Assembly: GCA_963820085.1 (NCBI GenBank)
Contig: CAWFYU010000022.1
Coordinates: forward strand, 193,984-257,983
DNA: 64,000 nt
Source of the DNA: Ilumatobacteraceae bacterium
GTDB lineage: Bacteria > Actinomycetota > Acidimicrobiia > Acidimicrobiales > Ilumatobacteraceae
Reading direction: 5' to 3'
Part shown: positions 46,947-56,111 of the stretch, piece after piece
Numbering within the stretch: the first letter of the stretch is position 1
Layout: each line of letters starts with the position of its first letter
Program-made: the position numbers and the translations under genes
The notes under the pieces: generated by a model
The model's input: the letters and a program-made list of their open reading frames with translations, nothing else
What the model was told of the DNA's origin: nothing
The model's database searches: none

Positions 46947-47798
46947 ATGCTCGCCCCGATGAATTCGAAGTTCGTACGGACCGTGCTGTCGATCTGGAGC
47001 TGGTTCGTGCTCGGTGTGCTGGTGCTGGCTTTCACCCCGATCGTCGCCATCATTCGACTGGTCACGATGCCGTTCGACAAGGGCGCGTACGCCGCCGGAT
47101 ACGTCTTCCGCAAACTCACGCCGATCCACTCGGCGCTCAACCCGCTGTGGAAGTTCTCGACCTCCGGCACCTTGCCCGCCGACATGCGCCGGCCCTACGT
47201 GGCCGTTGCCAACCACGAGAGCTTCGTCGACATCTTGCTGATCTCGCACCTGCCCACCGAGTTCAAATGGCTGTCGAAGGTCGAGATCATGAAGATCCCG
47301 GTGCTCGGCTGGATGATGCGCCTGGCGCGCGACATCCCGCTCGAACGCGGCGACACCACGTCGGGTCGAGCCGCACTCGACCAGGCCCGCGAGCGCCTCG
47401 ACAAGCGGGTCTCGGTGATGATCTTCCCCGAAGGCACACGGTCCAAGACCGGTGAGATGCGCAAGTTCCGCGCCGGCGCCTTCAAGCTCGCCATCGAAGG
47501 CCAGTATCCGATTCTGCCGATTGCGGTGCACGGCACGCGTGACTGCCTGCGCAAGAACGACTGGCGTCTGGGAAGGGCCCGGGCCGAGGTGCGGGTGCTC
47601 GAACCGATCTCCACCGAGGGCCTCACCGACGACGACCTCTCCGACCTCCGCGACCGGGTGCGTGCCGCGATCGAACTGGGTCGCCAGGCACTGCGCGACG
47701 AGCACGGCTACATTCCGCCGATCATCGACGACGCGGAGGCCGCAGCTGCCGAGGCCGCCGATGCCCAGTCGAGTGGCAGCGTGAACGACGGACACTGA
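46947..47798 (+). CDS. Lysophospholipid (1-acyl-sn-glycerol-3-phosphate-type) acyltransferase, PlsC family
   Basis: HX4D motif NHESFVD and FPEGTRS, with an N-terminal TM segment. The start is ATG 46947 or 46959. Confidence 0.85.
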   Translation: MLAPMNSKFVRTVLSIWSWFVLGVLVLAFTPIVAIIRLVTMPFDKGAYAAGYVFRKLTPIHSALNPLWKFSTSGTLPADMRRPYVAVANHESFVDILLISHLPTEFKWLSKVEIMKIPVLGWMMRLARDIPLERGDTTSGRAALDQARERLDKRVSVMIFPEGTRSKTGEMRKFRAGAFKLAIEGQYPILPIAVHGTRDCLRKNDWRLGRARAEVRVLEPISTEGLTDDDLSDLRDRVRAAIELGRQALRDEHGYIPPIIDDAEAAAAEAADAQSSGSVNDGH

Positions 47799-47865
47799 GG
47801 TCTCGCCGACCGTCACAATTCGAATGGGCACGGTGGCGGGGCTCGGACGCGGCCACAATGGGGCG

Positions 47866-48312
47866 ATGTTGATCGACCGAATCCGAACCGACCTCAATGC
47901 CGCGACCAAGGCGCGCGACTCGGATCGTCAACGCACGCTGCGGTCGATCATCGCCGCAGTGCAAGAGGCCCGAGTGGCCGGCGACCAGGCCAAAGAACTC
48001 GACGACGACGGGGTGATGGCGGTGCTCAAGGCCCAGGTCAAGCGTCGCATCGATGCGGCCGAGGCGTTCGCCGCCGGCAATGCACACGATCGCGAGGCGG
48101 CCGAGCGGGCCGAGCAGGCGATCATCGAGGAGTATCTGCCGGCGGGTTTGAGTGACGACGACCTGGTCGCGATCGTGACCGAGGTCATGAACTCGAACGG
48201 CTTTTCGGCACAGGCCGACATGGGCAAGGCAATGAAGGCGGTCAATGCCGAAGTCGCCGGACGAGCCGACGGGCGACGCGTGGCCGAACTCGTGAAGTCA
48301 CGACTCGCGTGA
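47866..48312 (+). CDS. GatB/YqeY domain-containing protein
   Basis: MLIDRIRTDLNAATKARD...EEYLP...MGKAMKAV is typical of YqeY. Confidence 0.8.
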   Translation: MLIDRIRTDLNAATKARDSDRQRTLRSIIAAVQEARVAGDQAKELDDDGVMAVLKAQVKRRIDAAEAFAAGNAHDREAAERAEQAIIEEYLPAGLSDDDLVAIVTEVMNSNGFSAQADMGKAMKAVNAEVAGRADGRRVAELVKSRLA

Positions 48313-48326
48313 TCAGTCGCTGATCC

Positions 48327-49460
48327 GTGCAAGTCCCCGTTCGCGTTCTTCTGGCGGCCCGTCCTGCTGTCCCGGTTTCGCTGCTGGTCGGCATCGCTTC
48401 CAGCACGGTGGTGTTCACATCGACCCCGTTCCTGCTCCCGGCCGTGGCGAAGAGTCTCGAAGTGTCGGTCGGTGCCGCCAGTTGGATCTCGACGATGCAG
48501 CTCGGCGGATTCGTGCTGGCGTCCTGGTTCGCAGGACGCGTCCTCCACCCGGTTCGCTCCACGTTCATCGCCTGCTTCGCGATCGGAGCCGGCGCGAACT
48601 TGGCGTCGGCGGTTGCGCCGACCCTGCTGTTGCTGTCGCTGGCAGCCATGGCGAGCGGCGTGTCGTTGGGTCTCGCCGCTTGGTTCGCGTGGCAGGCGGC
48701 CTTCGGCGACACGGCCAAGACCGGTGACGTCGCCGTGATCGGCCCCATCGTCGGCACGATCGCCGCGCCCGCCGTGGCGCTGCTGATCGAACAGTTGGGC
48801 GTCCACTGGTTCTACGTGATCCTGGCCGGCATCACCGCCTCACCGTTGCTGTTCGTGTTGCGCATCCCGACGACGGCGCCGACTCAGGCGAGACAGCAGC
48901 GTCATGCGCCGACCCGGGCCGCGTTCGTGATCCTCGTGGCGCTCGGACTCCTCACACTCGGTGGTTCGTCGGTGTTCATCTTCGCCGCAGCCATCGGCAA
49001 GAGCGACGCCGGCCTGTCCCCCACTGTGGTCGCACTGCTCTTCAGCGCCAATGCGCTCGTGGGGATTCCGTCGGCTCGATGGCAGGGTCGGCGCGGGCCC
49101 GCAGGCGTGTGGTTCGCCGCAACCGGTGCGTGTGCCGTACTCGTGGCGAGTACCGGTGGCGCCACGGTGGCGTTCGCAGTCGGACTGGTGGCATGGGGAT
49201 TCATGTTCTGGATGGGTGTCCCGGCTGCGTTCGTGCTGTTGGCCAGCCGATCGAAGTACCCGAGCGAGCGGGCGGGCGATGCCCAGGCCGTGATGGCGTT
49301 GGGCCGAGTCTTCGGGCCCCTCCTCGGAGGTGCCCTCTTCGCGCACGGATCGATCGCCACGCTGGGCGGCGTCGCGGCCGGATTGATGTGCGCAGCAGCG
49401 GTGATGATGCTCTACATCGATCGCCGGACCTTGCCGTTCATCGGGCAGCGCCTGACATGA
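48327..49460 (+). CDS. MFS transporter
   Basis: About 12 hydrophobic segments in 377 aa, with no disruption. Confidence 0.7.
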   Translation: MQVPVRVLLAARPAVPVSLLVGIASSTVVFTSTPFLLPAVAKSLEVSVGAASWISTMQLGGFVLASWFAGRVLHPVRSTFIACFAIGAGANLASAVAPTLLLLSLAAMASGVSLGLAAWFAWQAAFGDTAKTGDVAVIGPIVGTIAAPAVALLIEQLGVHWFYVILAGITASPLLFVLRIPTTAPTQARQQRHAPTRAAFVILVALGLLTLGGSSVFIFAAAIGKSDAGLSPTVVALLFSANALVGIPSARWQGRRGPAGVWFAATGACAVLVASTGGATVAFAVGLVAWGFMFWMGVPAAFVLLASRSKYPSERAGDAQAVMALGRVFGPLLGGALFAHGSIATLGGVAAGLMCAAAVMMLYIDRRTLPFIGQRLT

Positions 49461-49783
49461 CGGGCGCCCCCGGGTTGCAGGCGTGGTCGGCGGCCGCCGT
49501 GAATCTGGCCGAGCATGCCGACAACGTCATCCACACCGACGCCGGCGCCCGTGCCGCCGGATTCCCGTCTGCGCTGGTCGCCGGCGTCACGGTCTACGCG
49601 TACATGACCCATGTCCCTGCGGCGGCCTGGGGCCTCGACTGGCTCCGAACTGGTGGAGCGCACGTTCGATTTCGTTCTCCGGTCTTCGACGGCGATCCGG
49701 TCGACTACGTCCCGCGACGGAGAGTCGTCGACGACGGGCATCACGGGGAGAGTGCCGGCGCCCGGCCAGCGGAGTGCCAGTGA
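49457..49783 (+). CDS. MaoC-like (hot-dog fold) dehydratase fragment
   Basis: ADNVIHTDAGARAAGFPSALVAGV...VRFRSPVFDGDPV. ATGA overlap with the MFS stop. The frame ends prematurely and is followed by a disrupted region. Confidence 0.5.
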   Translation: MTGAPGLQAWSAAAVNLAEHADNVIHTDAGARAAGFPSALVAGVTVYAYMTHVPAAAWGLDWLRTGGAHVRFRSPVFDGDPVDYVPRRRVVDDGHHGESAGARPAECQ

Positions 49784-50593
49784 TTACGACTACGTCCCGA
49801 CGATCGAGGAGCCGTCGAACGATTCCGGTGCTGCGATCATCGAGGCGCGAGTGGCCGGCGCAATGCCGCGCAGCGTGTGCCGTGGCCCGAGTCGGCTCGT
49901 GGCCCAAGCGCTGCACCGGTGTCGGCGACCCGCTTGAACCGATCGGTTTCGTCGCCGACGAGTCGTGGGCCACATATGCGCCGGCGACGATCTCGCCATC
50001 TATGCCGCCGAGGGCATTGTGCATCCGGTCACGTGGATGCGTTGCCAACCAGATCTTTCACGAACAGGTCGTCACCGGCGCATGTCGTACGCTGCCGAGG
50101 GCATTCGTCGCGAATCGCAGTGATCGTGGCATCGCGAGTCGCGTCGACCGCGATGCTTGCCACTGGAACGAGCGAACCGTCGATCAGGCCCGTCCACAGC
50201 GTGCCGAGTGCACGACACCGTGCGAGGTCCGCACCGACTCGCATGCGCACCGTTGAATCGCTCGCGAACAGACGTACCGACGATCATGTCGGGCCTCACG
50301 CGGCCTCGATCAGTGCTCGCGCATCCACGTTCGGAGCCACGTCCTGCACCAGGGCGATGCAACAGTCATGCCACGACGGTAACCGATCGTCACACGACCG
50401 AGAGCATGCGAGCCGCACGACTCGTCGACCGCTTGCCGATCTCATCGCGGCAACCGCAACCATCGTCGACCGCTTCGACTCACGCGCCGGGGAACGGGCG
50501 ATTCTCGATGTCAGGATCAGCGCGGACGATTCGCCCGTCGCCGTCTACGAGCACGAAGCGATCATCAGCCTCGCCGACGACGTCGATCGGTGA
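49784..50593 (+). pseudogene. About 0.8 kb without an intact ORF; hot-dog/MaoC-like peptide fragments scattered over three forward frames
   Basis: Fragments include GDPLEPIGFVADESWATYA, AGDDLAIYAAEGIVHPVTWMR, VANQIFHEQVVTG, RIHVRSHVLHQGDATV and AGERAILDVRISADDSPVAVYEHEAIISL. Each sits in a different frame from its neighbour. Confidence 0.35.
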
Positions 50594-50599
50594 ACCTTG

Positions 50600-51040
50600 T
50601 CAGCGTTCGACGAGCGCCGCGAGGCGCTCCAGCGACGCCGCCATGTTTGCCGGGTGCTTCTTGGGATAGCCGGCGAGTTCGATCGCGCGGGGAATGGCCG
50701 CGGTCGACCAGTCAAAGGTTTCGGTGACCTTGGTCGCTGCGCCGCCGTCGATCGGTTCGAGCGCGTAACGCCAACGGTGCTTGCCGAAATGAGCCCAGGC
50801 GATGAGACGGTTCTCTTCGAACTCGACGACCGTGTTCGAGATCCGATACGGGAGTGGACCGAACTTCATCGACATACCGAACTTGGTTCCGAGCGCGAGT
50901 CGTTGCGCGTCGCCTCGGGCGTGCTGCACCATGTTCGACCCGTCGAAGTCAGCGTGCCGTGACGGGTCGGCGAGCACATCGAAGATCGCCTCCGGGGAGG
51001 CCTTGATCTCGCGGGTCACAGACACCATTCGCTCAGTCAT
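50600..51040 (-). CDS. SRPBCC (START/polyketide-cyclase-like) family protein
   Basis: VTREIKASPEAIFDVLADPSRHADFDG is a typical SRPBCC N-terminus. The ATG at 51040 was checked. Confidence 0.75.
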   Translation of the reverse strand: MTERMVSVTREIKASPEAIFDVLADPSRHADFDGSNMVQHARGDAQRLALGTKFGMSMKFGPLPYRISNTVVEFEENRLIAWAHFGKHRWRYALEPIDGGAATKVTETFDWSTAAIPRAIELAGYPKKHPANMAASLERLAALVER

Positions 51041-51101
51041 CGAGTCACGGTATCGGTCGACCGGCTCGAACCTCGCCGGTCTTTGCGTCGTCCGCCGATG
51101 T

Positions 51102-52530
51102 TCACGCGCCCGCCGAGCCACCCTCTCCGCGGTCGGTGTCGCGCGGCCACAGCACGATCGTCAACGCCGATCCGATCAGCGTCACACAGAGCAGGAACAT
51201 CCACGTGCGATCGAATGCGGCCACCACGTCGATGCGCTTGCTCGAGCCGACGAACGCGACCACGGCGGCGATGCCGATCGCGCCGCCGACGTTGCGGAAC
51301 ATGTTGAACGTCGCATTCATCGACCCCCAATCGGCGTCGGGCACGGCGGCGAGCGCATAGCTGTTCATCGTCGGCTGCGAGAGCCCCCAACCGATGCCGA
51401 ACACGACGATGCCCGGTAAGAACGACGTGATGTAGCTGCCGTTCTCGTCGAGCACCAGGCGGAACCAGCTCACCGAGATCACCATGATCATGCTGCCGAT
51501 CTGAATCGGGAGGCGATGGCCGATCCGTTCGGCGATCCGGCCACCGACCAGGGTCATCGTGCCGGCCGACACCGGCCCGAGCGTGAGGGCGAGCCCGACT
51601 TCCAAGTCGGAGTACTCCCACACGCGCTTCAAGTACAGCGGCCAGACGAGCCAGATCGACAGGCTGGTGACCGAGATGAGGGCGTTGGCCAGGTTGCTCA
51701 TCCACACCGCTCGGGAGCGGAACAGACCGAAGTCGATCATCGGCTGAGCATGGCGCCATCGACTGCACGACGAAGGCCCCGGCGAAGCAGGCGGACGCGA
51801 CGAAGCAGCCGATGATCGGAGTGCTCGCCCACCCCCAGTCCGTGCCCTTGCCCACGGCAAAGACGACCAGCGCGATTCCCATGGTGCCGAGTGATGCTCC
51901 GAGCACGTCGAGGCGCCCTTTGTCCGACGGCGCGGTGACCTCCCTCAACCGGCGGACGCCGAACGCAAGAATCACGAGCGCCACGGGCGCACTCAGGAAG
52001 TAGAGCCACCGCCAACTGCTGACGTGCAAGAGCGCTGCGGACGCCGACGGGGCGACCGCGGCCGACAGTGGGCCTGCTGCTGCCCACGCCGCCACCGCGC
52101 TCGATCGCCGACTCATCGGGAACATCGGCAGCACCATCGAGAGCGACGCAGGGATGATCAACGCACCGCCGATCGACTGCACCGCACGGGCGGCGATCAG
52201 CAGCCAGACGGTCGGTGCGACTGCCGCGAGCAGCGCCGAGGCGGCGAAGAGTCCGACGCCGAAGTTGAAGATCTTGACGCGGCCATGTCGGTCGGCGATT
52301 CGGCCGGCCAGGGGGAGGAACGCCGCAGTGCCGATGAAGTAGCCCGACGAGACGAACTGCACGGTCGTCTCGGGAACTGCGCTGAACGTCTCGGTGATGT
52401 CACCGAACGCGATGTTCGTGGCCGTGCTGTTGAAACCGACGAGCACGAAGCCGGCCGCGCCGATGGCCAGCGACTTCCAAGCGTCGGGCGGGACAACCTC
52501 ACGCGTCGGGGTATCCGCGTCGATCGTCAT
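51102..52530 (-). pseudogene. MFS drug:H+ antiporter (DHA2/EmrB-like, 14-TM type) with a frame change near 51745-51765
   Basis: The N-terminal half (to ...CFAGAFVVQS) is in ORF 51037..52530. The C-terminal half (HAQPMIDFGLFRSRAVWMSNLANAL...) is in ORF 51102..51860. Each frame turns to Arg-rich junk beyond the junction. Confidence 0.65.
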
Positions 52531-52628
52531 CCTGGCAGCCTTCCTCTGCGGCGGCGATCCGCACGAGGCGGAGGACGACCGTCCGCACCGGGTGCGATGC
52601 GAACCGTCGCCCGCCGTGCCCGGGTCCT

Positions 52629-53640
52629 ATGGTGGGCCCGATGAACCACGTCAAATTCGGCCGGACCGGCTTGCGCGTCTCGGAGCTGTGCCTCGGGACG
52701 ATGACCTTCGGGACGCAGTGCGACGAGGCGGTGTCGAGAGAAATTCTCGATACTGCCTTCGACGCCGGCATCACCTTCATCGACACCGCCGACATGTACC
52801 CGAATGGTCAGGACGGCGAGCTCTCCGGCCTGACCGAGGAGATCATCGGCCGGTGGATGATCAGCACCGGCAACCGCGACAACGTCATCCTGGCGAGCAA
52901 GTGTTGCGCGCCGATGGGACCCAATCCGTGGAACGGCGGCGCGAGCCGCAAGCACATCGTCGAGTCGGTCGATGCGTCGCTGCGCCGATTGCAGACCGAC
53001 TACCTCGATCTCTTCCAGCTGCACTTCTTCGACGCTGCGACGCCGATCGACGAATCGCTGCGCGCCCTCGACGACGTGGTCCGCCAGGGCAAGGTGCGTT
53101 ACATCGGTTGCTCGAACTTTGCCGCCTGGCAGCTCGCCAAGTCGATCGGGCGCAGCGAGGCGCTCGGCATCGCGCAGTACGAATCGGTGCAGCCGCGTGT
53201 ACAACCTGTTGTTCCGCGACATCGAGCGCGAGCTGCTGCCGCTGGCCCGTCACGACAACCTCGCCGTCATGGTCTACAACCCGATCGCCGGCGGCATGCT
53301 GACCGGCAAACACCAACCTGCGACCGGCCCGACCGAGGGCACGCGGTTCACGCTCGGGAGTGCGTCGAAGCGGTACCAGGAGCGGTACTGGGCCGACGAC
53401 AAGTTCGAGATCGTCGACGCACTGCGTCCGCTCGCCGCCGAGGCGGGAATATCGATGGCGCAGATGGCTGTCGGGTGGGTCCTCGCCAACCCTGATGTCA
53501 CCGTGCCGATCATCGGCGCGAGTTCGAGTGAACAGCTCGCGGACGCGGTCGCCGCTGCCGCCGCGCCGCTCGACGCCGACCTCAAGCTCAGGCTCGACGA
53601 GTTGACCATCCACTACCGCGCCGTCGACGCCGCCCGCTGA
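52629..53640 (+). pseudogene. Aldo/keto reductase with a 1-nt frame change near 53197
   Basis: ORF 52629..53495 is AKR-like up to IAQYESVQPR. The continuation YNLLFRDIERELLPLA...PIIGASSSEQL is in ORF 52972..53640. Removing one g in cgtgtac restores QPRYNLLFRD. Confidence 0.7.
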
Positions 53641-53697
53641 TCATTGCCCCGTCAGGTCGCCGCCCCCGGTCGCTCGCTCAACGCGTACGGTGTGGCG

Positions 53698-54392
53698 ATG
53701 GAGTTGACCGCCGCTGAGTTGCGAGTGCTGGGGTGCCTGATCGAAAAGGGGGCGACAACGCCGGATCAGTATCCGCTGTCGACCAACGCGCTGGTCATGG
53801 CGTGCAACCAGAAGTCGAACCGCGAGCCGATCGTCGACTACTCCGAGCGGATGGTGGTCGAGGCCATGCTGCTCGTGCGCCAAGCCGGCCTGGCTCGCAC
53901 GAACGGCAGCGGCCGCACCGACAAGCACCGCCACATCCTCCCGGACGCGCTCGGGCTCGGGCTCGATCAATTGGCGCTGCTCGCGGTGATGTTGCTGCGC
54001 GGTCCCCAGTCGCCCGGCGAGTTGAAGACACGCACCGAGCGGTACCCGACGACACAGGGCACGGGATTCGAGTCGGTCGATGACATCGAGCGAGTGCTCG
54101 GCGGGCTCGCTGCCGGCGACGATCCGTTCGTCACGAACATCGGACGCGCCTCGGGCCAGCGCGAGGATCGGTGGGCCCACCTCCTCGGCGAGACCGTGCC
54201 CGAATGTGCAACGACCTGGCCAACAGCGCGGCGCAGCACGCCGATGACCGTGGCCCCTCACTCGCACAGCGCGTTGCGGACCTCGAAGCACGGCTCGCCC
54301 GCCTCGAAGACGCGCTCGGCATGTCCGACGCCTCCGCCAGATCCAAGCGATCCGCCCGCGCGGTAGGCACGAGAGCAGATGTGCTCAGGTGA
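53698..54392 (+). pseudogene. YceH/DUF480-family protein with a frame change near 54190-54230
   Basis: MELTAAELRVLGCLIEKGATTPDQYPLSTNAL... is in the frame of ORF 53644. The expected C-terminal coiled coil SLAQRVADLEARLARLEDALG is in ORF 54171..54392. Confidence 0.65.
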
Positions 54393-54422
54393 TGCGGCGA
54401 CCTCAGCGGTTCGGAAACTCTG

Positions 54423-55874
54423 TCAGCGAACGAGGACGTTGCGGAACTGCCACGGGTCGTCGCGGTCGACGTCTTCGGGGAACAGCCCGCGCCGATCGCT
54501 CAACGGGGTCCAGTCGGTGTAGAAGCCGGCGACGTTGCCGAGGTATGGCAGTTGCACCTCGAGGCAGCGGCGATGATCCATGTCGTCGGTTTCGACGATG
54601 CCTTCGGTCGGGTTCTCGAGTGCCCACACGATGCCGGCGAGCACTGCGGAGGTGACCTGTAGCCCGGTCGCATTCTGATGCGGTGCCAGGGCCCGTGTCT
54701 CTTCGATGGTGAGTTGCGACCCGTACCAGAACGCATTGCGCTCATGGCCGTACAGCAGGACGCCGAGTTCGTCTCGCCCGTCGACGATCTCGTGTTCGTC
54801 GAGCACGTGTGTCTCGGTCGGGTAGCGCTCGGCGGCGCCGAACAACTCGTGGAACGAGAGCACTGCGTCGTTGCACGGGTGGTAGGCGTAGTGGCATGTC
54901 GGGCGATAGTCGACTGATCCGTCGTCGTTCCAGACGGTGAAGAAGTCGGGAATCGAGAGCGATTCGTTGTGCGTCACGAGGAAGCCGTACTGCGCGCCGT
55001 GCGATGGGCACCAGGTGCGGACCCGGGTGTTGGCGCCAGGTTGTTCGAGGAAGATGCCGGGCGCGGTGGGGTCGTCGAGCGTGCGTGCGTTGTCGGGCAT
55101 CCACCGTTCGTGGGTTCCCCAGCCGAGTTCGGCGGGCTGCAGGCCTTCGGAGATGAATCCGTCGACCGACCACGTGTTCCAGAACACGTCGATCGGCTTG
55201 GGGTTCGCCGCCCGCTGGGTGTCGCGTTCTGCGATGTGCACGCCGCGTACGCCGAGGTCGCGCATGTATCGCGCCCATCCGGCGCGGTCGCCGGCGGCGG
55301 GCTCGGGCAGGTCGCGGTCGAGGCCGGCGGCGAGTTCGACCAGCGCGGCCTTCACGAACCACGACACCATTCCCGGGTTCGCCCCGCAGCAAGAAACGGC
55401 AGTCGTCCCGCCGGGGTGGGCGCGCCGTTCGTCGGCCACGGTGCTGCGGAGGGCATGGTTGGTACGCAGCGCATTGTCGGTGGCGGCGTCGTAGTAGAAG
55501 CCTTCCCACGGTTCGACGACGGTGTCGATGTAGAGCACGTCGAGGTCGCGGCAGAGTCGCATGATTTCGAGCGACGACGTATCGACCGACAGATTCACGC
55601 ACAACCCCTGCCCCTCGCCAGCGGTGAGGAGCGGGGTGAGCACCTCACGGAAGTTGGCGGCGGTGATCGCGGTCTGCAGGTGGGCGATTCCGTACCCGTC
55701 GACAATCGACATCTGCGAGTCGTCCGGATCGATGACGATCGCCCGTGACCGGTCGAAGTCGATGTGACGGTCGAGCAGCGGCAGCGTGCCTCGCCCGATC
55801 GAGCCGAACCCGATCATGACGAGCGGTCCGGTGACGCTGGCGAGGATGGGCGAGGCGGGGTCCGAAGCGGTCAT
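54423..55874 (-). CDS. hss: Homospermidine synthase (bacterial type, saccharopine-dehydrogenase-like fold)
   Basis: LVMIGFGSIGRGTLPLL..., YIDTVVEPWEG, SCCGANPGMVSWFVK, and a length of 483 aa. Confidence 0.8.
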   Translation of the reverse strand: MTASDPASPILASVTGPLVMIGFGSIGRGTLPLLDRHIDFDRSRAIVIDPDDSQMSIVDGYGIAHLQTAITAANFREVLTPLLTAGEGQGLCVNLSVDTSSLEIMRLCRDLDVLYIDTVVEPWEGFYYDAATDNALRTNHALRSTVADERRAHPGGTTAVSCCGANPGMVSWFVKAALVELAAGLDRDLPEPAAGDRAGWARYMRDLGVRGVHIAERDTQRAANPKPIDVFWNTWSVDGFISEGLQPAELGWGTHERWMPDNARTLDDPTAPGIFLEQPGANTRVRTWCPSHGAQYGFLVTHNESLSIPDFFTVWNDDGSVDYRPTCHYAYHPCNDAVLSFHELFGAAERYPTETHVLDEHEIVDGRDELGVLLYGHERNAFWYGSQLTIEETRALAPHQNATGLQVTSAVLAGIVWALENPTEGIVETDDMDHRRCLEVQLPYLGNVAGFYTDWTPLSDRRGLFPEDVDRDDPWQFRNVLVR

Positions 55875-56111
55875 CGTGGCTTCTTTCGACGAGGTCCTGA
55901 GACGGACGCGGGAGCGGCGCGCTCGACGCTATCGGGTGTCGACTCCGGTGGTACCCGCGCAAGCACCCGGCGGGCCCCAGCGAACTCTTGAGGCAGGCGT
56001 ACCCAGTGGCGCTGTCTCCGCACAAGACGTTCTCGAGATGGGCGCTAACCCCGGCCGATATGACCGCGAGGTCGACTCCACAGCCGAGTCGAAGGTGCAG
56101 AATGGGCCCCC

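Noticed and set aside
50029-50250. 73-aa minus-strand ORF (…GTLWTGLIDGSLVPVASIAVDATRDATITAIRDE…) inside the disrupted MaoC region
   Set aside because: It looks protein-like, but it is short, has no recognisable motif or ribosome-binding site, and third-position GC does not favour it over the forward frames. It is kept only as a caveat in the MaoC finding.
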